Origin: Geobacteraceae bacterium
Lineage (GTDB): Bacteria; Desulfobacterota; Desulfuromonadia; Geobacterales; Geobacteraceae
Reading direction: 5' to 3'
Length of the DNA: 64,000 bases
Assembly: GCA_009773645.1 (NCBI GenBank)
Contig: WSYB01000009.1
Span: 1,480 to 65,479 of the forward strand
Shown here in pieces: positions 9,050-16,338 of the stretch (position 1 is the first letter of the stretch; each line of letters opens with the position of its first letter). The notes under the pieces were generated by a model. It ran no database searches. It worked only from the letters and a program-made list of their open reading frames with translations, and had not been told where the DNA came from. Position numbers and translations under genes: made by a program.

Positions 9050-10984
9050 CTACTGCAGCGCTTCCCATTCCTCGTAGAGTCCGGCGATTCTGGCGGAGAG
9101 GCACGCGTGCTCCTCTCCTACCCGTCGGGCCGTTTCATGGTCCTTGAAAAAGTCGGGATCGGACATCCGCACGTCCAGGGCAGCCAAAAGCCCCTCCAGT
9201 GCTTCAATTTCCCCTTCCAGCTCGGCGAGCCGCTTGAGCCTCTGCCGTTCTTCCTTCTGACGCTGTTTTTCATCTTCCCGCAGCCTTTGCCGCTCCTCTT
9301 TTGAGGCAGGGATCGGGAACCGGGGATCGGGAACCGGGATCCGGGAACCGGGATCCGGGAAGCGGGATTCGGAACAGGGAAGCATCGTCGCTTTCTTGGC
9401 CAGATAATATTCGTAGTCCCCCGGATAGGAGGTTATCATTCCACCTTCCACCTCTACGACGCGGGTAGCCAGGCCGTCGATAAAATGGCGGTCGTGGGAG
9501 ACAAATACCACTGTACCGGCGAAAGCCCTCAGGGCATCCAGCAGCACTTCCTTGCTGAACAGGTCCAGGTGGTTGGTCGGTTCATCCATGAGGAGAAGGT
9601 TGGCGGGACGCAGCAGCATCTTGGCCAGGGCGAGGCGGTTGCGCTCCCCGCCGGAAAGGACCGCGACCTTTTTTTGGATGTCGTCGCCGGAGAAGAGGAA
9701 AGCTCCGAGAATATCGCGTAACTGGGGCACCATGTCGTAAGGGGCGTCGGCCAGGATTTCCTCATAAACGGTCCGTTCAGAGGAGAAGACCTGAGCCTGG
9801 TCCTGGGCAAAGTAGTCGAGCGCCACGTTGTTGCCGGGAATCCTCTCTCCGCTCTGGAATGCCTCCCCTGCCAGCACCCGCATCAGGGTCGATTTGCCCG
9901 CACCGTTGTGTCCTACGAGGGAGAGCCGCTCACCCTTTTCAATGGTGAGATCGATGTTGTCCAGGACCACCCTGTCTCCGTAAGATTTAGTAAGGCCGTG
10001 CATTTCCATGACGACCCGCCCGCTCTTGGGAGGCTCTGGGAAGCGGAACCGGATCTTTTTCCGCTCCGGCGGGAGGGATATCCTCTCGATCTTCTCCAGC
10101 TGTTTAATGCGGGACTGGACCAGCGCCGCCTTGTCCGCCTTGTAACGGAAGCGGGCAATGAAATCCTCGATCTTCTGCACCTCCTCGTCCTGGCGGCGTT
10201 TCGCCTCCCTGAGGGCGAAGACCCTTTCTTCCCGCTCCGAGAGGTACTTGCTGTAATTGCAGTGATAGTCGGTGAGGGTATGGTTCCACACCTCCACGAT
10301 GCGGCTGCAGACCTGGTCCAGGAAAAACCGGTCGTGGGAAACGAGCATGACCGAGTACGGGTATTCCTGCAGGTATCCTTCCAGCCAGTTGCGCGCCTCG
10401 ATGTCCAGGTGATTGGTCGGCTCGTCCAGGAGGAGGACGTTGGGTTTGCGGAGCAGGAGCTTGGCAAGGGCGATCCGCATCTGCCAGCCACCGGAGAATT
10501 CCCCGCACTCCCTTTCCCAGTCGGAGGGGGAGAAGCCGAGTCCGCGCAGCACGTTTCCCACGACCGCCTCCATGGCGTATCCCCCCTTCAGCCTAAACTC
10601 CTCCTGCAGGGTTCCCAAGCGCTCCAGGAGTCCGGCATGGTCGGGTGCGTCGTGGGGGATCGTCTCCAGCCGTTCGGTCAGCTCTTTCTGTTCCTTCTCG
10701 ATCCCTTGCAGCTCGGCAAGGGCGGACATCACCTCGGCAAAGAGGGGCCTCCCCCTGGTGACGATGCCGTCCTGCGGCAGGTAGCCTGTCGTAGCTCCTT
10801 TGGCAAGCAGTATAGATCCGGAAGAGTGTTCCACCTCCCCGGCGATGATCCGCATCAGGGTCGATTTTCCCGCCCCGTTTTCACCGACCAGCCCAACCCG
10901 CTCCCCCTTCTTGAGGTGCCAGTCGATATTTTCAAAAAGCGGTTTCCCCGCAAAATCCTTGGTGAGGTTTTTCAGTTGCAGCAT
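9050..10984 (-). CDS. ABC-F family ATPase (Uup/YheS-like) with C-terminal coiled coil
   Basis: Two ABC cassettes (GENGAGKST and GHNGAGKST; LSGGWQMR and LSGGERNR) and a charged C-terminal tail EERQRLREDEKQRQKEERQRLKRLAELEGEIEALE. Start trimmed to MLQLKNLTKDF (10984). Confidence 0.9.
   Translation of the reverse strand: MLQLKNLTKDFAGKPLFENIDWHLKKGERVGLVGENGAGKSTLMRIIAGEVEHSSGSILLAKGATTGYLPQDGIVTRGRPLFAEVMSALAELQGIEKEQKELTERLETIPHDAPDHAGLLERLGTLQEEFRLKGGYAMEAVVGNVLRGLGFSPSDWERECGEFSGGWQMRIALAKLLLRKPNVLLLDEPTNHLDIEARNWLEGYLQEYPYSVMLVSHDRFFLDQVCSRIVEVWNHTLTDYHCNYSKYLSEREERVFALREAKRRQDEEVQKIEDFIARFRYKADKAALVQSRIKQLEKIERISLPPERKKIRFRFPEPPKSGRVVMEMHGLTKSYGDRVVLDNIDLTIEKGERLSLVGHNGAGKSTLMRVLAGEAFQSGERIPGNNVALDYFAQDQAQVFSSERTVYEEILADAPYDMVPQLRDILGAFLFSGDDIQKKVAVLSGGERNRLALAKMLLRPANLLLMDEPTNHLDLFSKEVLLDALRAFAGTVVFVSHDRHFIDGLATRVVEVEGGMITSYPGDYEYYLAKKATMLPCSESRFPDPGSRIPVPDPRFPIPASKEERQRLREDEKQRQKEERQRLKRLAELEGEIEALEGLLAALDVRMSDPDFFKDHETARRVGEEHACLSARIAGLYEEWEALQ
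9309..9375. repeat. About nine tandem GGGAWCC-type heptamers inside the ABC-F coding sequence
   Basis: gggatcgggaaccggggatcgggaaccgggatccgggaaccgggatccgggaagcgggattcggaac. Translated on the minus strand it gives SESRFPDPGSRIPVPDPRFPIPAS, between the second ABC cassette and the coiled coil. Confidence 0.85.
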
Positions 10985-11003
10985 GGTATTCCTTGTCGGT
11001 ATT

Positions 11004-11032
11004 GCCACGGAGGCACAGAGACACGGAGAAAA
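11004..11032. repeat. CACRGAGN octamer array (single arm) upstream of the ABC-F start
   Basis: gccacggaggcacagagacacggagaaaa. Same word family as the arms at 22709, 27009 and 28516. Confidence 0.7.
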
Positions 11033-11237
11033 CTAGAAGAGAATAAGGTTTTTCTGTGTGACTGGTTTGTTGTTGTGAGATTTTTCAAGTAGAGTAAAGT
11101 GCCATTTTAGGGGGATTATTGCAGTTTTGTCAATTATTTGCATCCGCCTGTTACGGTTTTTTCATGTTCAACGGCCCAAAACTCTGCTATAGTTTCAAGG
11201 TTTTGATAAATGAATACCCGGCATGGGTTCGTATAAA

Positions 11238-11465
11238 TAGTTTCCATCCGGAAAGTCCGGATGAGAAACTATTGGTTTCCAGATAGGAAACGAGGATTTT
11301 TTTGTCCTGGCAAGGAAATCAAGGGATTGCGCGGAGGAGGGAGAGGGATGAACTGTATACCCTCCCCTTCTGGGGGAGGGATAGGGAGAGGGGGTACGCC
11401 GCACAAGCAAGCCAGGCAGATTGACACAGCCAGGGCGAAAAAAGACCGCTTCCGGATGGAAACTA
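11238..11465. repeat. Element bounded by a 17-nt inverted repeat in the rne upstream region
   Basis: tagtttccatccggaaa (11238-11254) and cttccggatggaaacta (11449-11465) match at 16 of 17 positions as reverse complements. The interior has GTTTCC/GGAAAC hairpins and a CCCTCCCC..GGGGAGGG hairpin near 11330-11400. Confidence 0.7.
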
Positions 11466-11597
11466 AACAAAATTTCGCCGCGCAGAACGTTCCTGCAGCA
11501 GGCTGAAAAAATACCACAGGGTTGACGGATTCACGGATATGGGCTCGGAAAAAGTTTTGCCGGGTTCATCGGATCTGCCCCCGCAAAGGATTGATAA

Positions 11598-13979
11598 ATG
11601 TCGAAAAAGATGCTGATTAATGTGATGCATCCGGAAGAGGCGCGGGTGGCCATCGTGGAAGACGGCCGCCTGGTCGAAATGGATATCGAGATCGCCGGGA
11701 GCGAGCAGACCCGCAGTAATGTTTACAAAGGGGTTGTGGTGCGGGTGGAGCCGGGGTTGCAGGCCGCCTTTGTGGACATCGGCCTCAAAAAACTCGGCTT
11801 TCTGCAGATGGGGGAGATTCATCCGGATAACTGGCAGTGGCGGGACGATATCCCGGAAGAGCAAAGAAAACGCCGTCCCCGCATCCAGGAAATACTGCGC
11901 CGCGGCCAGGAGCTCATCGTCCAGGTGGAGAAGGGGGAGCGCGACAACAAAGGGGCGGCGCTTACCACTTACATTTCCCTGCCGGGACGCTACATGGTCA
12001 TCATGCCGGGGAGCGACTCCGCCGGCATCTCCCGCAAGGTCGAGAGCGACAGCGACAGGAAAAAGCTGAAGGAGATGGCGGCCGAGCTCGATATCCCGGA
12101 AGGGATCGGCTATATCCTCAGGACCGAGGCGCTCGGCAAGAAAAAAGGCGAACTTGCCAAGGACCTGGACTATCTCCTGAAACTGCACGACACCATCAAG
12201 GCAAAGGGGGCGCAGCTCAAGGCGCCGACGCTCATCTACCAGGAATCGGATCTGGTTATCCGCACCATCCGGGACTATTTTACCGCCGAGATCGACGAAG
12301 TGCTGGTGGACAGCCAGGAAGTCTACAAACAGGCCAAGGCGTTCTTTAAGGCGACCATGCCGAAATATGAACCTCTCGTGAAACTGCACCAGGAAAAACG
12401 CCCCATTTTTTCCAAATACCAGCTGGAAGAGCAGATCGACCTCATCTACGAGAAGAAGGTGCCGCTCAAGTCGGGTGGCTCCATCGTTATCGATCCTACC
12501 GAGGCGCTGGTGAGCATCGACGTCAATTCCGGGAAGAGCACCGGCGAGAGAGGTGTGGAGGATACCGCCTTCAAGACCAATCTGGAGGCCGCCGAAGAGG
12601 CAGCCCGGCAATTGCGCCTGCGCGACCTTGGAGGGCTCATTGTCATTGACTTCATCGACATGCGCGACCGCAAGCATAATGCGGAGGTGGAAAAAACCCT
12701 GAAAAACGCCCTCAAAGCGGATAAGGCGCGGGTCACCGTGGGTAAAATCTCTCAGTTCGGCCTGCTGGAGATGTCCCGGCAGCGGATCAAGCCGACCCTC
12801 GAGCAGGCCATCTACCTGGAGTGCCCGCACTGCTATGGCCGGGGCAAGGTCAAATCGGTGGAAAGCATGGCGCTGTCGTTTCTGCGCAAGGTCCACGGTG
12901 CAGCCGCCAAGGGAACTGTCGCCGAAGTGCGCGGCGCGCTTCCCCTTGAGGTGGCCTACTATCTGTTGAACCGCAAAAAACAGGACCTGGCGCGGATTGA
13001 GACCGATTACGACATAGAGGTAACCGTCAAGGGTAAACCCTCCTTCCTCATGAACCAGATGGAAGCGGAACTGATCAAGCGGGAAAAACCGCCCCATGTT
13101 GAGGTAACGCCGGAAATGGCAGGAGAGGCGGAGGCGGCCGCGGAAGAGAAACCTGAAGAGGCAAAGGGAGAGGTGTTAGCCGTCCCGGCAGAAGGGGGAG
13201 AGGCCAAGAAGAAGAAACGGCGCAGGGGGAGGAAGAAGCCGAAGGCGGAAGGAGAAGCTCCTTTGGAGGGAATGCCGGAAGAGGCCGCGGCTGAAGGGGA
13301 GCTGCCTGCAGTAGAAGCCCAATGGGAAGCAACCGCTTCGGCTGAACCGGTCACGGCAGAGGGAGAGTTTTCAGGTGAAGCATATCCGGAAGAGGGGAAA
13401 AAGAAGCGGCGGCGGAGAAAACGGCGTGGTGCAAAACCTGCCGCTCCCGAGGGGGTGACGGCGGAAGCAGTTGGCGAACCGTTGCCGGTTGCGGAAGTTC
13501 AGAAAGCGGAAGAAGCGCCGGTCGCGGCCGGTGAAGTAGAGGCCCATCCGGAAGAGGCCAAGAAAAAGCGGCGCCGGAGGAGACGGCGCGGCGCGAAACA
13601 CCATGTTGAAGAAGCGGTGACTCCGGAAGCGGTGGAACAGCCGCCGGCCCCGGCAGTTCCGATGCCGGAAGTAACCCCGGTGTCTGCTGCGCCGGTCCCG
13701 GCGCCTTCCGCTGAGGCGCCGGAGGTCAAGCCGAAGAAACCGGCAAGGCCCCGTAAGAAAAAAGCGGCCGAGGCGGGGGAGGCTGTAGAGGCTCCTGTTT
13801 TTGCCGAAGGGGCCGGGACACAAACTCTACCCCCTGAAAAACCCAAGAGAAAGGCCGGTGGGAAGAAGGCCATCGTCGGGGAAGCTCCTGTGACGCCTGA
13901 ACTACCGGAAACCGGAGAGGAAGAAAAACCGAAAAGAAAACGGGCTCCGCGCAAAAAAAAGGAAGCACCCGCGGAATAG
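11598..13979 (+). CDS. rne: Ribonuclease E with long disordered Arg/Lys/Glu/Pro/Ala-rich C-terminal half
   Basis: MLINVMHPEEARVAIVEDGRLVEMDIE (S1), IVIDFIDM (DNase I-like) and the CPHCYGRGKV Zn-link. From about 13100 the sequence is low-complexity with several KKKRRRR blocks. Confidence 0.9.
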   Translation: MSKKMLINVMHPEEARVAIVEDGRLVEMDIEIAGSEQTRSNVYKGVVVRVEPGLQAAFVDIGLKKLGFLQMGEIHPDNWQWRDDIPEEQRKRRPRIQEILRRGQELIVQVEKGERDNKGAALTTYISLPGRYMVIMPGSDSAGISRKVESDSDRKKLKEMAAELDIPEGIGYILRTEALGKKKGELAKDLDYLLKLHDTIKAKGAQLKAPTLIYQESDLVIRTIRDYFTAEIDEVLVDSQEVYKQAKAFFKATMPKYEPLVKLHQEKRPIFSKYQLEEQIDLIYEKKVPLKSGGSIVIDPTEALVSIDVNSGKSTGERGVEDTAFKTNLEAAEEAARQLRLRDLGGLIVIDFIDMRDRKHNAEVEKTLKNALKADKARVTVGKISQFGLLEMSRQRIKPTLEQAIYLECPHCYGRGKVKSVESMALSFLRKVHGAAAKGTVAEVRGALPLEVAYYLLNRKKQDLARIETDYDIEVTVKGKPSFLMNQMEAELIKREKPPHVEVTPEMAGEAEAAAEEKPEEAKGEVLAVPAEGGEAKKKKRRRGRKKPKAEGEAPLEGMPEEAAAEGELPAVEAQWEATASAEPVTAEGEFSGEAYPEEGKKKRRRRKRRGAKPAAPEGVTAEAVGEPLPVAEVQKAEEAPVAAGEVEAHPEEAKKKRRRRRRRGAKHHVEEAVTPEAVEQPPAPAVPMPEVTPVSAAPVPAPSAEAPEVKPKKPARPRKKKAAEAGEAVEAPVFAEGAGTQTLPPEKPKRKAGGKKAIVGEAPVTPELPETGEEEKPKRKRAPRKKKEAPAE

Positions 13980-14020
13980 TTGCTGATGTCGATTTTTTTC
14001 CGGTCATGGAGGGGAGATTT

Positions 14021-14857
14021 ATGAAGCATATCATCAAGATAATGGCGGTGTTGGGCCTTTTTGCGGCTTCGCCGGCCTTTGCCGCCGGCCTGGAGGAACT
14101 TGCCGTTTATCCTACTTTTCAGTATTTCACCTGGGAGGAGTTCAAGGACGACGGGAGTCGGATTCTCAAGGAGAGCGGCCCGCTCTTCGGCGCCGGAGCG
14201 GCGGGAAGGGTGGACCTGTACGAAAAAACCCTCATGTTGAAGTTCAAGGGGGAGCTCTTCGGCGGCCAGGTGGACTATGACGGACAGACCCAGCAGGACC
14301 CGGACCCGACAGTCAGCGAGCTTCCCGTCAAAACCGACGCATGGTATTTCGGGGCAAAGGCGGAAGCGGACCTGGGGTGGCGGTTCCTTGTGGAAAAAGT
14401 GTCCATCGAACCCTTTGCCGGACTCGGTTACCGGTGGTGGCTGAGGGATATCCAAGGTTCTACCGCCTTAGACAACACCCCTCAACAGAACCTCGTTCAA
14501 GTGGGCGGGGCTAAGGAAATATGGCAGACGCTCTACACGAGGTTCGGCGCCCGCGTGGATTATCTCATTTCAGATGACTGGAAGGTCTTCTGGGAGGCCG
14601 GGGCGAAATATCCGGTCCTCAACCGGAACACCGCCGAAGTATCAGGGTCTGGCGATGTGACCGTGAGGCCTGAGCTCGAATGGTCCGCTTTCGCAGAGGC
14701 GGGCTTCAAGTATAAGCAGTTCCGGCCCAGCTTCTTTTATGAAGGCTTCAGGTTCTCCAGGTCTCCATCGGTTCCGATCGGAGGCGGTGCCGCGGTTTTT
14801 CAGCCCAAGTCGGAATCGGACATTTTCGGGGTCAGCCTCGGGTGGGCTTTCAGATAA
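14021..14857 (+). CDS. Outer-membrane beta-barrel protein (unassigned family)
   Basis: Signal peptide MKHIIKIMAVLGLFAASPAFA. Alternating aromatic/Gly beta-strand pattern and a C-terminal ...GVSLGWAFR. Confidence 0.55.
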   Translation: MKHIIKIMAVLGLFAASPAFAAGLEELAVYPTFQYFTWEEFKDDGSRILKESGPLFGAGAAGRVDLYEKTLMLKFKGELFGGQVDYDGQTQQDPDPTVSELPVKTDAWYFGAKAEADLGWRFLVEKVSIEPFAGLGYRWWLRDIQGSTALDNTPQQNLVQVGGAKEIWQTLYTRFGARVDYLISDDWKVFWEAGAKYPVLNRNTAEVSGSGDVTVRPELEWSAFAEAGFKYKQFRPSFFYEGFRFSRSPSVPIGGGAAVFQPKSESDIFGVSLGWAFR

Positions 14858-14869
14858 GAGGGGACAGAT

Positions 14870-14896
14870 TGGGCGGGCGCAAGGCCCGCCCCTACA
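14870..14896. repeat. GC hairpin GGGCGGGC/GCCCGCCC followed by CTACA (half-copy of the TGTAGGGGC palindrome family)
   Basis: tgggcgggcgcaaggcccgcccctaca, directly after the OMP stop and 17 nt before the crcB ATG. Confidence 0.6.
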
Positions 14897-14912
14897 ATGA
14901 CAGGTTGATTTC

Positions 14913-15287
14913 ATGCAGATGGTTTTCTATATCGCTCTGTTCGGCGCGCTCGGGTGCCTGACCCGTTACTACCTCTCCGGGTGGGTCTACACGCTGTTCG
15001 GCAGAGTCTTCCCCATAGGGACCTTTGCGGTGAATATCGTGGGGGCTTTCTGCATCGGCCTCATCATGGAATTCGGAATAAAGAGCACCCTCATCTCCCC
15101 CACCCTCCGCACCGGGCTCGCCATCGGTTTTCTGGGGGGGCTCACCACATTTTCCACCTTCAGCTACGAAACCTTCCGGCTTCTCGAGGACGGGGAACTC
15201 CTCATCGCGTCGGCAAACGTCCTGTTGAGCGTGCTGGTTTGTCTGATATTCACCTGGCTGGGGATCGTCGCAGCGCGGGCCTTGTAG
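14913..15287 (+). CDS. crcB: Fluoride channel CrcB/FluC
   Basis: 124 aa with 4 TM. Motifs GALGCLTRY, FPIGTFAVNIVGAF and GFLGGLTTFSTF. Confidence 0.9.
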   Translation: MQMVFYIALFGALGCLTRYYLSGWVYTLFGRVFPIGTFAVNIVGAFCIGLIMEFGIKSTLISPTLRTGLAIGFLGGLTTFSTFSYETFRLLEDGELLIASANVLLSVLVCLIFTWLGIVAARAL

Positions 15288-15331
15288 GGGCGCGGTTGCC
15301 GCGCGCTGGGCGGGGAGATCCCGCCCCTACA
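15283..15331. repeat. TGTAGGGGCG...CGCCCCTACA compound palindrome
   Basis: tgtaggggcgcggttgccgcgcgctgggcggggagatcccgcccctaca. The outer arms pair and there are two inner hairpins. The crcB stop TAG (15285-15287) lies inside the left arm. Confidence 0.85.
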
Positions 15332-15365
15332 TGTCAATAAAATGCAATCTTCATGGAGATATTAC

Positions 15366-15710
15366 ATGACCAAATTCATCGGGGAACGGGTGCTGATGCG
15401 GATATTCATCGGTGAAAGCGACAAGCACGGCCATATCCCCCTCTATGAGGCGCTGGTGGAGCTATTGCGAAAAGAGGGGTTTGCGGGGGCAACGGTGCTC
15501 CGGGGAGTTGCCGGGTTCGGTGCCCACAGTGTCTATCATACCGACAAGCTGCTGAGGCTCTCCACAGACCTCCCCGTTATCGTGGAAGCAGTGGAAGAAC
15601 AGGCCAAAATCGATGCCGTTATGCCGAAAATCGACGAGATGATGAGCGGCGGCATGATCACCCTGGAGAAGGCTACCGTTGTCAGGTACAGCCATCACCA
15701 GGAAAAATAA
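15366..15710 (+). CDS. DUF190 (PII-like) protein, common crcB partner
   Basis: MTKFIGERVLMRIFIGESDKHGHIPLYEALVELLRKEGFAGATVLRGVAGFG matches my recollection of DUF190. Co-directional with crcB. Confidence 0.8.
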   Translation: MTKFIGERVLMRIFIGESDKHGHIPLYEALVELLRKEGFAGATVLRGVAGFGAHSVYHTDKLLRLSTDLPVIVEAVEEQAKIDAVMPKIDEMMSGGMITLEKATVVRYSHHQEK

Positions 15711-15809
15711 AAAAAAATTAACGTTTCTCCTTGAACTCCCCACGGACGGTGCTACATTTTTTTCATGCGCTGGTCACATGTGGATCCGACACTATCGGTG
15801 GAGGCTTTG

Positions 15810-16079
15810 ATGGAGAAGCGGTGTGAGATTTCCTGGACAGAGCTGCCGTGGTATCCGCACATCGATGCGGAAAAATGCAGAGGGTGCAAGACCTGCTTCA
15901 AATTCTGCAAATACGGCGCCCTGGCATTCAACATAACCGCACGAAAAGTGCGGGTAAAGTATCCCTCGAGATGTCAGGCCGGATGCCGGATATGCGCCGG
16001 CTTCTGCCCGATACGCGCCATTGCCTTTCCCGATGAAAGCGAGTTCGTCGATTGCTTCATGAAGCGCCTGTCAAACTAG
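15810..16079 (+). CDS. Small 2x[4Fe-4S]-type ferredoxin-like protein
   Basis: CRGCKTCFKFC and CQAGCRICAGFCP cysteine clusters. GGTGGAGG RBS upstream of the ATG at 15810. Confidence 0.6.
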   Translation: MEKRCEISWTELPWYPHIDAEKCRGCKTCFKFCKYGALAFNITARKVRVKYPSRCQAGCRICAGFCPIRAIAFPDESEFVDCFMKRLSN

Positions 16080-16108
16080 TACGTTGTAACTCTTTTTATT
16101 TCGCCTGG

Positions 16109-16204
16109 TCCCCCCTCCCTTGACGGGAGGGGGTCAGGGGGTGGGTGAGGCTGCAACCTTGCGTCTTTGTGGCAACTTCCCCCCCACCCTAACCCTCCCC
16201 CGTT
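16109..16204. repeat. Roughly 100-bp G/C-tract palindromic element, copy 1 (inverted relative to copies 2 and 3)
   Basis: tcccccctcccttgacgggagggggtcagggggtgggtgaggctgcaacc...gtggcaacttcccccccaccctaaccctcccccg. Near-identical to the reverse complement of 57938-58041. Confidence 0.85.
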
Positions 16205-16338
16205 GTATCAAGTGTTACAGGGTACTAGGAATACATTGAAACTTCCCGCCTCTCTGCTATACTTCCCACGTGTCCTTGCCGTATCAGGTATTCAAATGCC
16301 TTCTTCACCCCTTACTTTTCACGCTTCACGGTGTTCAT

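Noticed and set aside
11463-13097. 544-aa ORF antisense to rne, and the 318-aa ORF at 13499-14455 antisense to the rne tail and OMP gene
   Set aside because: These are shadow ORFs. The rne frame has S1, DNase I-like and Zn-link motifs, while the antisense translations are featureless.
14858-14912. Possible fluoride riboswitch upstream of crcB
   Set aside because: The segment gggcgggcgcaaggcccgccc superficially resembles the first helix of the crcB motif. However, the conserved AACCGCC...GGCUGAUGAUGCCUAC part is absent. The hairpin instead belongs to the TGTAGGGGC palindrome family. An Infernal RF01734 scan would settle it.
16270-16338. N-terminal extensions offered by the ORF track. Examples: sucA from 16270, pdhA from 24910, pdhB from 25982, E2 from 27195, prkA from 37028, ABC-F to 11008, B12-rSAM to 46633, oxidase to 63599.
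   Set aside because: The extensions run through intergenic repeat elements, lack an RBS and give non-homologous leader peptides. Internal ATG/GTG codons with Shine-Dalgarno sequences give N-termini that match the family starts.
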